A DNA stretch of 64,000 nt, taken from NCBI GenBank assembly GCA_038496445.1, contig JALMLS010000508.1, forward strand, positions 1 to 64,000, written 5' to 3'. The translations under genes were made by a program, and so were the position numbers. How positions within the stretch are numbered: position 1 is the stretch's first letter; every line of letters begins with the position of its first letter. This DNA is from Trichosphaerium sp. ATCC 40318. Its lineage: Eukaryota > Protista > Tubulinea. The notes below the pieces were generated by a model, which was not told where the DNA came from, searched no databases, and worked only from the letters and a program-made list of their open reading frames with translations. Shown here one piece after another: positions 51,093 through 62,660 of this stretch.

Positions 51093-52203
51093 TATGCCAA
51101 GAAAGTTGTGAAGAGAAAGATGGTATTTTAATTGTTTTGACTAGTCAACTGGGTATAGAGCTACTGTGGTGCGATTCAGTTCATTTATATCGCGTTTTCA
51201 GCAATAGTATGGCTAGCGAATGTATTCTGACAAGAGATACACCAAATTCGCTGTTGAGTGTATTTACAGTTAAAAAACCTTTGGAATGGCTTACAGAGGT
51301 AGATATTGTTGTCTTGTTACTATGCATGCTTGCTTACGTGGTACAAAAACAAAAAACGCGTCCAAACATTCTAATTACGCTAGATATCGCTCTCCCTATA
51401 CGTCCAGATGGTATTTTTTTGTCTTTTAGCGATTTTATTCTATTGTAAACTGAGTACAGTCTACGAAGGTACGGAATGCGCTCTTTTTATCACTGTTAGC
51501 TATGTCAACGTATCAATGGCTACTTTATTCATTTATTCTTTATAATTGATTTATTGACGCTATCGTTAAGAGTCAGTAACTATTGCCACTGCTGTTGGGG
51601 TGTATATACAATCAAAAACGATTTTAAGCAAGACATCAACGTTTGTGCCAAAAAATGAAATTTCAGCCGTTATTTTAAACGAAGGTACTTATTGACTACC
51701 AACACTAGCGAATTAATTATCCAAACATCTTAGTAGTATTTTTGATTTAGACATGTCACGTGTCATGTTTTTTTTTTGGCAGTATTTTGTTTTTTGCTTC
51801 AATTAATTAAGTTTGTTACGTTACAGTCATCAACACTCATTGGAGTATCGGAACCTGAATTGCTGTTTCATTTGGCTGTTTTTTGGCACACCTACAAACT
51901 TTTCTTGTATTTTGAAAAGAATACTATTTTTTGATTTAGACAAAGTATCCTTCTATGCAATTGAGTTTGCTAATTAATACAAGGTATACGTCTATTTAAT
52001 ATTGTATATTACATTGCTATTATAAAGAAGGATTGTGAGACAATGGCTGTCGTGTTCGAGGTGCAATATGGAAACTTACACTTTTCTCTTTTTTTTCTGG
52101 ATAGTTTTTCTGATTGTTTATTTAGACAATTCTGCCCAGGCTCGATACATTATTACCTGTTTATAGTAAGTAATACAACATATATGTATGGTAAATATTC
52201 TAA
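51093..52203 (+). CDS. PIG-H/Gpi15-like GPI-GlcNAc transferase subunit (multi-exon; ends uncertain)
   Basis: A hydrophobic segment followed by 'SVTIATAVGVYIQSKTILSKTSTFVPKNEISAVILNE...YKLFLY...VVFE', resembling the PIG-H core. Confidence 0.5.
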
Positions 52204-52399
52204 TATTCGTTTCAAGAGAAGATGGCGGAGGAATTTCCACCCACGTCTAAAAAATTGTAGCATAAAAACCATGGGTCAGAGTCCAAACTAGTATCATACG
52301 CTTAAAAACAAAGTTCGACAAAGTTGAGTGAAAGTTTGCTGCTCCATTAGTTTACCATCAAGTGAGATACTCTTTACGAGTATCGTACTACTGTTCTTT

Positions 52400-54316
52400 T
52401 AAGTGTCCTTAATTTTTTTAACAATTGGAGCTGCCTTCCAGGACACACAAGTTAAAACAAGGTAATCTGTGGAATAAAGTTTTTTTGTAATAGTGCAAGC
52501 GAAGCAGAGTTCAAAAGAGGTGTAGTTATAAAAGTATGTGAATTTTATTTAAGGCTTTTAATCATTTAGAGAGCTTTCTGTGATTAATTCTTATAACTCA
52601 CATGTACAGCTTACACCTCTGTACGATACATGTAAAACTTTAGGTCTTCTTCTGAAAAAAACACAGTACCATGCGCTAAAAGCAAACGTCAAACTCTTTG
52701 TTCATTGTAAAGAAACAAGAAAACTTACCTTGATTCACACTGATAATCACGTGTACCTTCTATCTTTTGGCATTCGAAAGTCATACACCTATGGCGAAAT
52801 TTAAGAAATACGAGCGCAATCCTATTTGTAAGACAAGAGTTTTTTTTCAAACGAACAAAGGACTTGTCAATTTTCACTGTCCAAAGGAACGTACGAGCAA
52901 GTGCCCTTTTGATAGTCTATTACAGGAGTAATACAAACTCTTCCTGGTCCGGGTGAAGGCGTAGGCTCAATAGTTGCAGGAGCACATGTTGGTGGATCTA
53001 TGGAAAACTGTTAAGAAACCAAAAAGGACTCAAAAAAAATACAAGTTTGTCTACCTGTTGGTGGAGGTGTTGGTTTAAAGTGGCGCCAAAAGTCGGTATT
53101 AATATCTCCGTTTCCTCGGACTGGGAGAGTATCATCAAAAGGTGCTTGTGTAACTCTCCAGTTAACCCTATTAAGAAATTAATAAGAAAGCACAAACTTT
53201 CTTTCTTTCTTTTTTGAAATGCTTTTTAACACGTTAAACTTACCATGTGCCCATAGACAACGCTCTACTTTTACCGCTTGCTCCAAATCCGAACTAAAAA
53301 AAATTTTGTCAGATTCCCACTTGGCAGTTTTTTGAGCTGCTATTTATCCCAGCTGCGTTTTTACAAGGGTAGCGTACCTGTGCACATTTATCAGGGGCTT
53401 GGACAATGTCTATAATGGCAGGATACCAAGGATTATCAGTAGCCGATCTTCCGTGAGGTCTGATTGCTGTAAGTGTACCTGTAAAGAAATCAAGTGAGAA
53501 AAAGCAAATCGACTTCGCTGAAAAAAACACGTGCCACTGAAATCACAAGAACATAACCAACCTAAATACCTGTTTAAACTATTTACTGTATTGTGGCTAT
53601 AAAACTTCTACACGTACAATCAGAATTGACTTGCGGAGTAAGGTCATTATCGTAGCCTAAAGGGAGGTAAAAAATGAGAGGAAAAAAAAGCAAAGGCAGA
53701 AGTGCTTTAACTTACATTCATTGCGAAGCTGTTTGACCACGGAGTATGGGCTATTTAGATCACTACAATCACCAATATCGTTGAAGGTAATATCGACATC
53801 GAAGACAATATCAGTATCGAACAAACTACATCACAACGTTAGAACCAAAAAATGAAAAGCGTGAAAAAAACATGAATATCACGAGAAAAAAAGAAGAATT
53901 CTAGTTTGGTTTGTTTTACCTCACAATCCTTCCAGTTAATTGAGCTGAGCGTTTACCACCTTCACTTTCTAATGAAAGTGTAGGTTCAGGAGCATAAGGA
54001 GGGTTTGAGAACACAAGGTAGCGGCTTATTCCTGGGAGCCTAGAATCTTTTTTAGTTCTTCTCTAGCACTGTACAAAACGTACCAGAAGCTATGTTGTTC
54101 ATCACAATGTCTCTCTTGACAGCATGCATCCGAAGAGTAGTTAGAAGAGAGCCTAAATGTTAGTTTAGTCTTAGCACAAACAAGTAATGCGTACACATAT
54201 TCGTAGTCGCCTTGAGGCCAGTCTAGTACTGTATCACACGCATCTTTATTCTCATAACACAAGGCTAATGTAATAAGTGCTGCAGCGGAGAAGAAGAGAA
54301 TATTTGAGTAAGACAT
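52400..54316 (-). CDS. Secreted protein of unknown function with a Pro/Thr linker, multi-exon
   Basis: Signal peptide MSYSNILFFSAAALITLALC; exons 'SAQLTGRIV', 'FDVDITF', 'GTLTAI', 'GDINTDF', 'PTPPPTDPPTCAPAT'. The 3' end is approximate. Confidence 0.6.
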
Positions 54317-54728
54317 CAAGAGAAGAGGTGTGAAGCTTGTAGTTGTATGAAACGTATGTAATTATCTCCAGCACGTGAATTTTCAAAACGTGTACTACAC
54401 GGAGGTTCCAGAAAACTACAAATAATACGTAGTCACGTGTTTCGTGCAATTGTTTGAAGTCTTGAGGAAATAGGTAGCAAAATATGGTAAAAACCAAAAA
54501 AAGTCATTGAAAGCAACTCCTCGAGTTTATTTCACGTTCCACTGTTATTGTTTAGATAATATTATGGCTCAAGGTTTTACATGGTCCGAATTGCATGATT
54601 TTTTTTCAGGATGCAATCAAAGTGACTTAAAGCAAATCGCTTTAAATTGTAGTACAATTATGTGGGTGTTATTCTGAGCGTCTCTCGTCGCTGTTACTGA
54701 TGTATTGGGGTAACGCTTTTGATTCTGA

Positions 54729-57700
54729 ATGTCATCGCGTGCCAGTGTGTTAGCGCGGTCAGCCAAGTATCGCAAGAAGTATATCTCAGCGTCTAAACGC
54801 ACAGCCAGAAAGATAGGACATGTTGACTCAGCAAAACTGGTTAACTTGCCGGCAGAGTATTGGAAAAGCAAAGACAATCAATTACACTTCATTATTGACG
54901 TAAGCAAGCCTCAAATTCGTTAAATTGGCCAAAAACGCACAATACCGCGTAAAAACGCCCTAAAATGCGCAAAAACGCAAAAAAACCCATCAAACGTTGT
55001 ATACAACCACTTATTAAATTTACACAATACAGATTGAAGCGATTCTATCAGTTGAGACTGTAAAAGACTGGTACAACGTCCGTTGGCAAGATGTAATAAA
55101 GATTGGTGGAAAGAAGTTCCTTCAGTAAGTGTCAGCAATGTTTTTTTGATACGCTCAAAATTTTCTACAACAAAAAAGTTTATTAAGTTCACACCTTTGT
55201 ACCATTATACTATTCTTGAAATAACTATTGACACAACGTATAGGGAGTTTAACTATTGTTTGACAACAGTACTTGAACGATTCTACCCAGAGGAAGAGTG
55301 GTTTCCTTTTTTTTTTAGTACGCTTTAACCTCTTTTGAAGTTTTTTGTTTGAATGTCAACGAAATCGCTCTCAGTCTAATTTTATTATAGAACATGCTGA
55401 GCCTGGATACTGGGATTCTAAAGAGAATCATAAGATGTTTATATCCTATGTACGTTTGCATGAAAACGAAGTAATTCGGTGACAAACACGTGCAAAAAAA
55501 AAAAAGTGTTGCATCAACAAGTCGTTCAATAGTATTTTCTTCCCTGATGTACTGTCACCCATACTCTGCTCTGATTTTCTTAAATCGATGACTAACATGC
55601 TTAGATAACCAAAGAACTTGATATTGAGAAGCTAGATGATTGGCATAACGTAACAAATGAAGATATTGTAAATCATGGTGGATATTCGTTTATGCAGTAC
55701 TTACCTTTGTTTTTTGCTTGCTACACGCAAATTCTTTAATGTTGGTTCTAGAAACTATAATTTTACAATGTATAATATGCTTCGTGATCAATTTCCGAAA
55801 CACTCATGGCAGCCATGGAGAATGGGTGAGCCTTTTTTACCAATCCATTTTTTTTTTCAACTTTTTTTACTATTCATAAAGGACGTGTTCCACGAAACTT
55901 CTGGGCATCAGTTTCTAAGCAGAAAACATGGATTAAGTCAGTGAGTAATTGGGAATATATATAAACGCATGATTGACATAGTCTGACCATGTACAGGTTG
56001 AGGAAAAACTAGGTATCAAAAAGTTAGAAGATTGGTACTCTGTTCACCTTAAAGATATCTCAAATTGTGACGATTTTGCAGGCCAATTCTTTGCAACTGC
56101 GTATGTCTAAACCCTCACCTAGCTTTGTTACTTTATTTTTTGTATATTTGATCTATTTGTGAATTGTCACGTGATATTTTAAACGAGCACTACAACATTT
56201 TTTGTTTTTTCTAAACGTTGTTTGTAGATATTGTGGTTCTGTTTATAAAATGGTGCAATACGTGTACCCAGATACGAAATGGTTCCCTTGGCGTTTCAGT
56301 ACGATTTTATAATAGCCCATAGAACCTTTTTTTATCAACCTTGTGTATAGACCATACACCTCAAAAGCATTGGAAAGATAAACAAAACAGAGACGAGTTT
56401 GTTTCGTTTTTGGAAAAAAAATTAGACATAGTAGACATGGACGATTGGTATCGTGTCACTGCAAACATGATAATCGAGCAAGGTGGAAGTGGGTTTATTC
56501 ATCATTACGATAACTCAGTGTACAACTTTGTGTCGTTCCAGTTTCCAATGCACAAATGGGTTCCTTGGAAATTTCGTACGTCGAATACTTGGATTAAAAT
56601 TGTCGCAAGTTTTCTGTTGTTGACATCTTGCCATCAACCTATGGTGGTACTAAAATGCAGTTTAAACCACCTGTAATTGTAATTTTGTATTATTACATTG
56701 AGCTCCATTGACATTTGTCGCTGGTAGCTGATGTCAAAGATGAAAACAAGAACCTTCTCAATTTTTTGTTTCTGCCCGCTGTTCTGTTTTTTTATCTTTT
56801 ACATTGCCTAAATTTGTTAGATTGTGTTCCTAGAGGACATTGGAATAAGTTATCAAACGTAAGGAGACTAATTAGACACGTGAGTTTTTGTTATTCCCAT
56901 TTTATTCTTAAAAAAACTAACTAGCGTTTATATAGCTTGAAGACTCGCTTAATATCGAAGAAATAACGGATTGGTATGCGATAACAAATGATGATATCAT
57001 CCGTGTTGGTGGTGCAAATATTTTAAGGTACTGACTAACCCAACAACAAACCCTTTCACTCATTTTCAAAAAAAAAAAGAAGGTTTGAACGGTATTGTCA
57101 CTTTTATCTTTTCATTACATATTTTGGTAATTAGAACGCGTAAGGTTATACCTTAGTTATTTTTTAATCACTAGAACAAAACAATTTAAATGCAGATTTA
57201 TTTTTAGCGCTGTACTGTTGGATTAAATTAATCGCTAAAAATAGTTACTATAATTTTTCTCTGAAAGAAATCTTATATGATGTCTATCCAACGTTTGATT
57301 GGGATATTCACAAGTTCAGTAAGTAATAATATTACTGGAAATATATTCATTCAATTCTCTAATCCTACCTGCACAGCAAACCTCCCACTTAGATTTTGGA
57401 AGCAACCAAAGAATATCCGTAAATTTTTGGAAAGTGTCGCTCCAAAGCTGTTGATAAAGACACCCAAGGATTGGCTTAATGTATCAGTAAAACAGCTTGT
57501 ATTAGTAGGTGGTAAAGGTCTATCATTTTACTGGCCTAAGGCTGTATTTTTGGCTTATACCGAGCTTGGAAAATCAGAAGACACCGAAAAAGTCGAAATT
57601 AAGGCACAACAAGGGTACATTCGATATTTCTCTTCTCTTTATTTTCTTGATCTTTCACTTGTCTAATTTGATGCCTAGGATACTTTTTCGGTCGATTAGA

Positions 57701-58388
57701 GCCATATTCCCTGGTATGGCTGTTTTTGAAGAGTACAAGCCTGATTTACAGAGAAATCTATCTATTGCTTTGGATATTTTTGTTCCTGATTTGAACTTGG
57801 GTTTTGAGTATCAGGGCGAACACCATTTCTATGATGTCTCCGCGTTTGGATATACACATGTTCAAGAGGCTAGAGACACTGAAAAATCTCGTATTTGTGA
57901 AGAGAACGGTATGTTAGGAATCCAAAGAAACCTAAATCTCGTTTTTATTGTTGCGGCACCTCATTCCTTTGTTTGCTTGCCCTATTCTTAATGTCTACTT
58001 CAGGTATAACAATTGTCCCTATTCCCTATTGGTGGGATACTCATGACTTAGATAGTCTGAAAGCAACAATCATGTATTATAGGTACAAACGCCAATTCCA
58101 AGACTTTTATGTGTTGGATTTTTTTTGTAAACAGTAACACGTGTTGTACTTACCGCTCTTGTCTTACATAGATCAGATATTGTATTTAAAATTCCTGAAG
58201 ACGTTGACCCATTATGCCCTCTTCCTGACCAAATTGGCAATGATTCAACAACAGCTTCACAGAGAGAAGGTACGAGCATGTTTTTGAAGCAGATACAAAA
58301 TAGTTTTGTAACAAATTAACTAACCTGTCTTTTAGCCAAGCACCTAATGCATGCTACAACTAAAAAATACAAAATGTGTACCGCATAA
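54729..58388 (+). CDS. Tandem ~75-aa Trp-rich repeat protein (x6) with a C-terminal PD-(D/E)XK / RAP-like nuclease domain, about 18 exons
   Basis: Manual GT-AG splicing gives one open frame with repeats 'P..(F/H/Y)W...N...F...L...L.I....DWY.V....I...GG..F...Y..S.Y......(Y/F)P...W.PW.F', then 'LDIFVPDLNLGFEYQGEHHF...RDTEKSRICEENGITIVPIPYWWD'. Confidence 0.85.
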
Positions 58389-58527
58389 AATAATAAAAAG
58401 GTGGACTCTTCAGGACGAAACTGTTTGTGCTTGTATTGCACGTGAATACTAAAAAATTGACATAACTTCTGAGTTCGCTTAATCGCTACAACTTAACGAT
58501 CATAATCTCATTCAGAACTTGCAAATT

Positions 58528-60184
58528 ATGAACTTCTCCGGTATTTCAATTGATCAAGCATTCAATCATTACCGTAGTAACCATCCGGAAGAATTCAAAC
58601 AGGTTATGGCGGAGCAAAGCGAACTATTTACAAAACAACTTGAAACAATGCTAAATATGACAAATAAGAGCATTATAAAACAACTAGATGATATCCTGTT
58701 GAAACAAACGCATACATTTTCAAAACAAGCGAACAAACGCCACCTGCAAAATCAAAAACAGCTGCTACAAAAGTAAGTGTCTTTTTTTTTTTCCCCGACT
58801 AAACTTCTATTTTTTGTGCCTATATTTTGGGCTAACAATAACCGGTAGTACACAATTGACATCGAAAAACATAGAACTAAGCATAATGGACTTTCCACCA
58901 GAGGTTATCACGAATATTCTACATCATACAGAAGTAAAAGCAAGGTATTCTGCCGCCCAATCATGTCATTTGATGGCTGATATCATTCACCACATTGTTG
59001 GATACGGAAAAGTGTGTCTCTCGACAATCTCAGATATTTTAAAGATTAGAGAGTACAAGGGTATCATGAACAACTCTTTAATTTCCTTCTATATGTACCT
59101 AGCTGGAAAGAACACTTTATATTCATTACTAAATGGTTGCAAACACATTACTGCACATCAGAGTAGTATATCAGATTATGATCTTGAAGACCTTAGAGGA
59201 GTTCATACGATTGATCTTAGTGAATGTAATTCAGTAACAGATGAAGGTGTGAAGGCACTGAAAGGTGTCCATACAATCAACCTTAGTAACACAGATATTT
59301 ATTACGGTATAAAGGAATTGCAAGGAGTATATGATATTAACCTTGCCAACACTCAAGTTACAGATGACGATATAAAGGCATTGGTAGGTGTACATAGAAT
59401 TAACCTTAATGATTGTGAGTATATTTCAGATGAAGGGATTAAGGAGTTGAAGGGTGTTCATACTATTGAGCTAAAAGGAACGGAAGTTACAAATGAAGGC
59501 ATAAAGGCATTGAAAGGCGTTCATACCATCAACCTAGATGAAACTAAAGTTTCAGATGAAGGCGTCAAGGCTCTCAAAGGTGTTCATTCAATTAATCTTC
59601 ATTATTGTGTGTATGTTACAGATGAAGCCATCAAGGAGTTGAAGGGCGTTCATACTATTGACCTTCAAGGAACATCAGTTACGGATGAAGGCATAAAGGC
59701 TTTGGTAGGCGTACACACAATTGGCCTTGCCTCTCTTAATGTTACAGATGAAGCTATCAAATCACTCAAAGGTGTTCACACAATTAATCTTGCCGGTTGT
59801 AAGTATGTAACACATGAAGGCGTCAAGTCACTTAAAGATATTTATGACATTACACTTGATTCCACTTCAGTAACAGATGAATGGCTCAAATCACTTGTAG
59901 GCGTTCACAGAATTAGCCTTAATAATTGTGAGCATATTACAGATGAAGGGATCAAGAAGTTGAAGGGTGTTCATACTATTGAGCTTGAAAGAACATCAGT
60001 TACAGATGAAGGTATTAAAGAGTTGAAGGGTGTTTATTCGATTAATCTTGCTCATACATCAGTAACAGATGAGGGTATCAAGGAGTTACTTGCTGATTTT
60101 ATTGATCTTACAGGTTCTGCAAATGTGACTCACGAAGGTTTAGCTGCACTCAACAATGCCTCAGTAACAGTAAAACTATACTAG
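58528..60184 (+). CDS. F-box + LRR protein with an N-terminal helical extension (1 intron, 58773-58848)
   Basis: The intron joins ORFs 58519 and 58814 in frame; 'DFPPEVITNILH' and about 15 LRRs. Confidence 0.9.
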
Positions 60185-60662
60185 CACTTTTGATCTCGTG
60201 TAAAACATATTGGAACTGTCAGCTAATGAACGCTACAGTACAAAAAAACCAAATTACTTGTGTTTACTTTGACTATATATATTGTTGGGATGTTGTATTT
60301 GGTTTTTTAAAAATCAGTTGCAACAACATACATATACTATACAATGTGCGCTTATTAGTTCTTTATTGGCAGCTGGAAATCTTTGAGATTTATCAGTTTT
60401 CAAATAGACTTTTCCTTTGAATTTATTAACTTCTTGCTGGCGGTATTGCTAACACTATTCGTACATGTCAGTGGCAAAGTGCCCAATACAACCGAAATAG
60501 ATACCATTCGTTACAACTGAGTTGTGGAGCAATATCTTTGACCATCTATACACGAAAGGAGATCGAAAGCAACTACTATGGCATAATCCAGATGTCTGTG
60601 TTTAAGCGAAGTCACCAGGTTCGTTTTACGAACAGTTATTGTAATTATTCACATCAAGCCTC

Positions 60663-60830
60663 ATGAACACCTCATCTTGTTTTTCTCTTTGTCTGTGTTG
60701 CTACTCCGCTTTTCGTGCATATGAACCTGGTGTATAGGAATGTCTGACTTCGCTTGGGGCTTACCCAACAGGTGCGAATAAACACCTTGCGACCGCTATC
60801 GTGTACACGTGACTGTTGTCAACGTTTCCT
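60663..60830 (+). pseudogene. Decayed copy of exon 1 and part of intron 1 of the gene at 2127-3292
   Basis: atgaacacctcatct...tatgaacctggtgtataggaatgtctgacttcgcttggggcttacccaacaggt aligns with the reverse complement of 3180-3292, with indels and a stop. Confidence 0.8.
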
Positions 60831-61083
60831 TTTTTACACCCAAAAATAAGGTGTCTTTGGGCTAAATAAACTATCCTTGCATGCTGAGTTCACGCAGTTT
60901 TCGAGTTTTTATTTACATTATACCACCGATTTCTCATCTTAACAAGCCTACAGAGCTTACGCAAAACATGCTCAAGAAGTATTCTACTGTTCGCTGGAAG
61001 TAACATATAGCACACTGCTGATAGTGTGTATACAAGGTTTTACTTCTGTACTATCTAACTTGCTAAGAAGAATGGAAATGAAC

Positions 61084-61223
61084 AAGCATTGGCAATGGCA
61101 CATGAAAATGAAGAGCCCAGTATTGATGCCGACACTCCTTATGCTTAAGCAGAAAGCATTGGCAATGGCACATGAAAATGAAGAGCCCAGTATTGATGCC
61201 GACACTCCTTATGCTTAAGCAGA
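61084..61223. repeat. Perfect 70-bp tandem duplication
   Basis: 61084-61153 is identical to 61154-61223. Confidence 0.92.
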
Positions 61224-61979
61224 GCTATAAGGCCTCTATTTAGTATTGACAATAACAACAAAACTGTTTAGAGACAAAGGGAAGGGTAGCCTCCTATTGT
61301 AATCCTGACATCAAAAAAAGACAAAAAGCAAAATACATTGATTTGTACCATACTCAGTGCTCAAGCCTGAAACAGGACTACCATTACAGTATAAATGAGT
61401 ATTTTGGTGACGTTTGAAGTGAGAGGTAGTTGTTTAAGTACACTAGTATTGTAAAACAACATCGGCTAGTAGCAGTTCTATACAATGGCACATTACAATT
61501 CAAAAAAGTTAACAAGTCCTGAGAAATTTGATCGATAGTGCTACAATTATCCTCAGCTGTTAATCGCAACAGTGTGGATGCGGCGTTTTCCCAATATCGG
61601 ATGTAAGAGGTTGTACAACACGTTCAATGAGAAGAGCGAACTACTTTTTTGCCACACATATCAATACTGATCTTTTCCAGAATGGGAACATTTTTTTGTG
61701 TAGACACCAACAGGATACCTAACTTTGATGATAAAGTCTTGGTTCCCGTGATAAATCAAAGTAAATATGACTCAGATGGCAAACATATAGTTGGAAGAGA
61801 TAGAACTGTAGTACCCTTCTTGAACGTTTACAATCTTCATTGGCTCCATACTTTAACATGTGAAACTTATCACATAACTAATGATAAGAATCTTGTAGTT
61901 AGTAATGAACCATTCCAAGGCAAAGTAGAAATTTTTGTTGGAACTTTATTGAACGACGGCCAAAACAGTTTTTTGCTTA

Positions 61980-62660
61980 CTAATAGATTATACCTAAGTC
62001 AAGCACACCAAACTCAGATCGTCTGTCGTTTTCCATGTAGATGGTATGTACACCTAGAAGTGCCTTTAACCCTACTTCTGTTATTGATTTACAATGCATC
62101 AAGGAGATAGTATGTACACCTGCCAAAGCCACAATGCCTTCATCTGTTACACTTGTAAATGACAAAGAAATCTCATGTACACCTGCCAACGCCACAATGC
62201 CATTGTCTGTTATTGATTTACAAGCATACAAGTCGATAGAGTGTACACCTGCCAATGCCTTCAAACCTTCATCTGTTACATTGGTAAAAGATATATCAAT
62301 CTTATGCACACCTGCCAATGCCCTGATGCCATTATCTGTTATTGTTTTACAATTAGATATGTAGATAGTATGTACACCTGCCAACAATCTGATTGCTTTA
62401 TCTGTTAGTATTGATCCTTGAACGTTGATTATTGTATTTTGGAGTAATGGACTACCAGAGAGCATCTGAATCTCTGTTACATTTTTTATTCTGATATGAC
62501 CATATCCAACGTGGTTGTGAACAATATCCCGCAATAAATGACTTGTTTGGGCTGCACGGAGTGTATGTGGCCCTTGTTTGAGAATATGGACTATTATTTC
62601 AATTGGTAGCCCAACAAGGTCGAATACTTGGTCTGTGTGTTGTTGTATTTTCTTTTTCAT
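61980..62660 (-). CDS. F-box + LRR protein (intronless)
   Basis: 'LVGLPIEIIVHILK...AAQTSHLL'; about 5-6 LRRs 'AGVHxIxxS...TDxGIxAL'. Confidence 0.9.
   Translation of the reverse strand: MKKKIQQHTDQVFDLVGLPIEIIVHILKQGPHTLRAAQTSHLLRDIVHNHVGYGHIRIKNVTEIQMLSGSPLLQNTIINVQGSILTDKAIRLLAGVHTIYISNCKTITDNGIRALAGVHKIDISFTNVTDEGLKALAGVHSIDLYACKSITDNGIVALAGVHEISLSFTSVTDEGIVALAGVHTISLMHCKSITEVGLKALLGVHTIYMENDRRSEFGVLDLGIIY

Noticed and set aside
61649-62110. 153-aa ORF as a PIF1/Helitron helicase fragment
   Set aside because: Only vague resemblance; no diagnostic helicase motif, and it overlaps the F-box gene antisense.
11331-62364. Many 60-130 aa ORFs antisense to real genes or running through introns
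   Set aside because: These are shadow ORFs or exon-plus-intron read-through, often with non-ATG starts.
4740-62660. Endogenous giant virus insertion
   Set aside because: No NCLDV core genes (capsid, PolB, packaging ATPase) were seen; the repeat genes are interleaved with intron-rich host genes.
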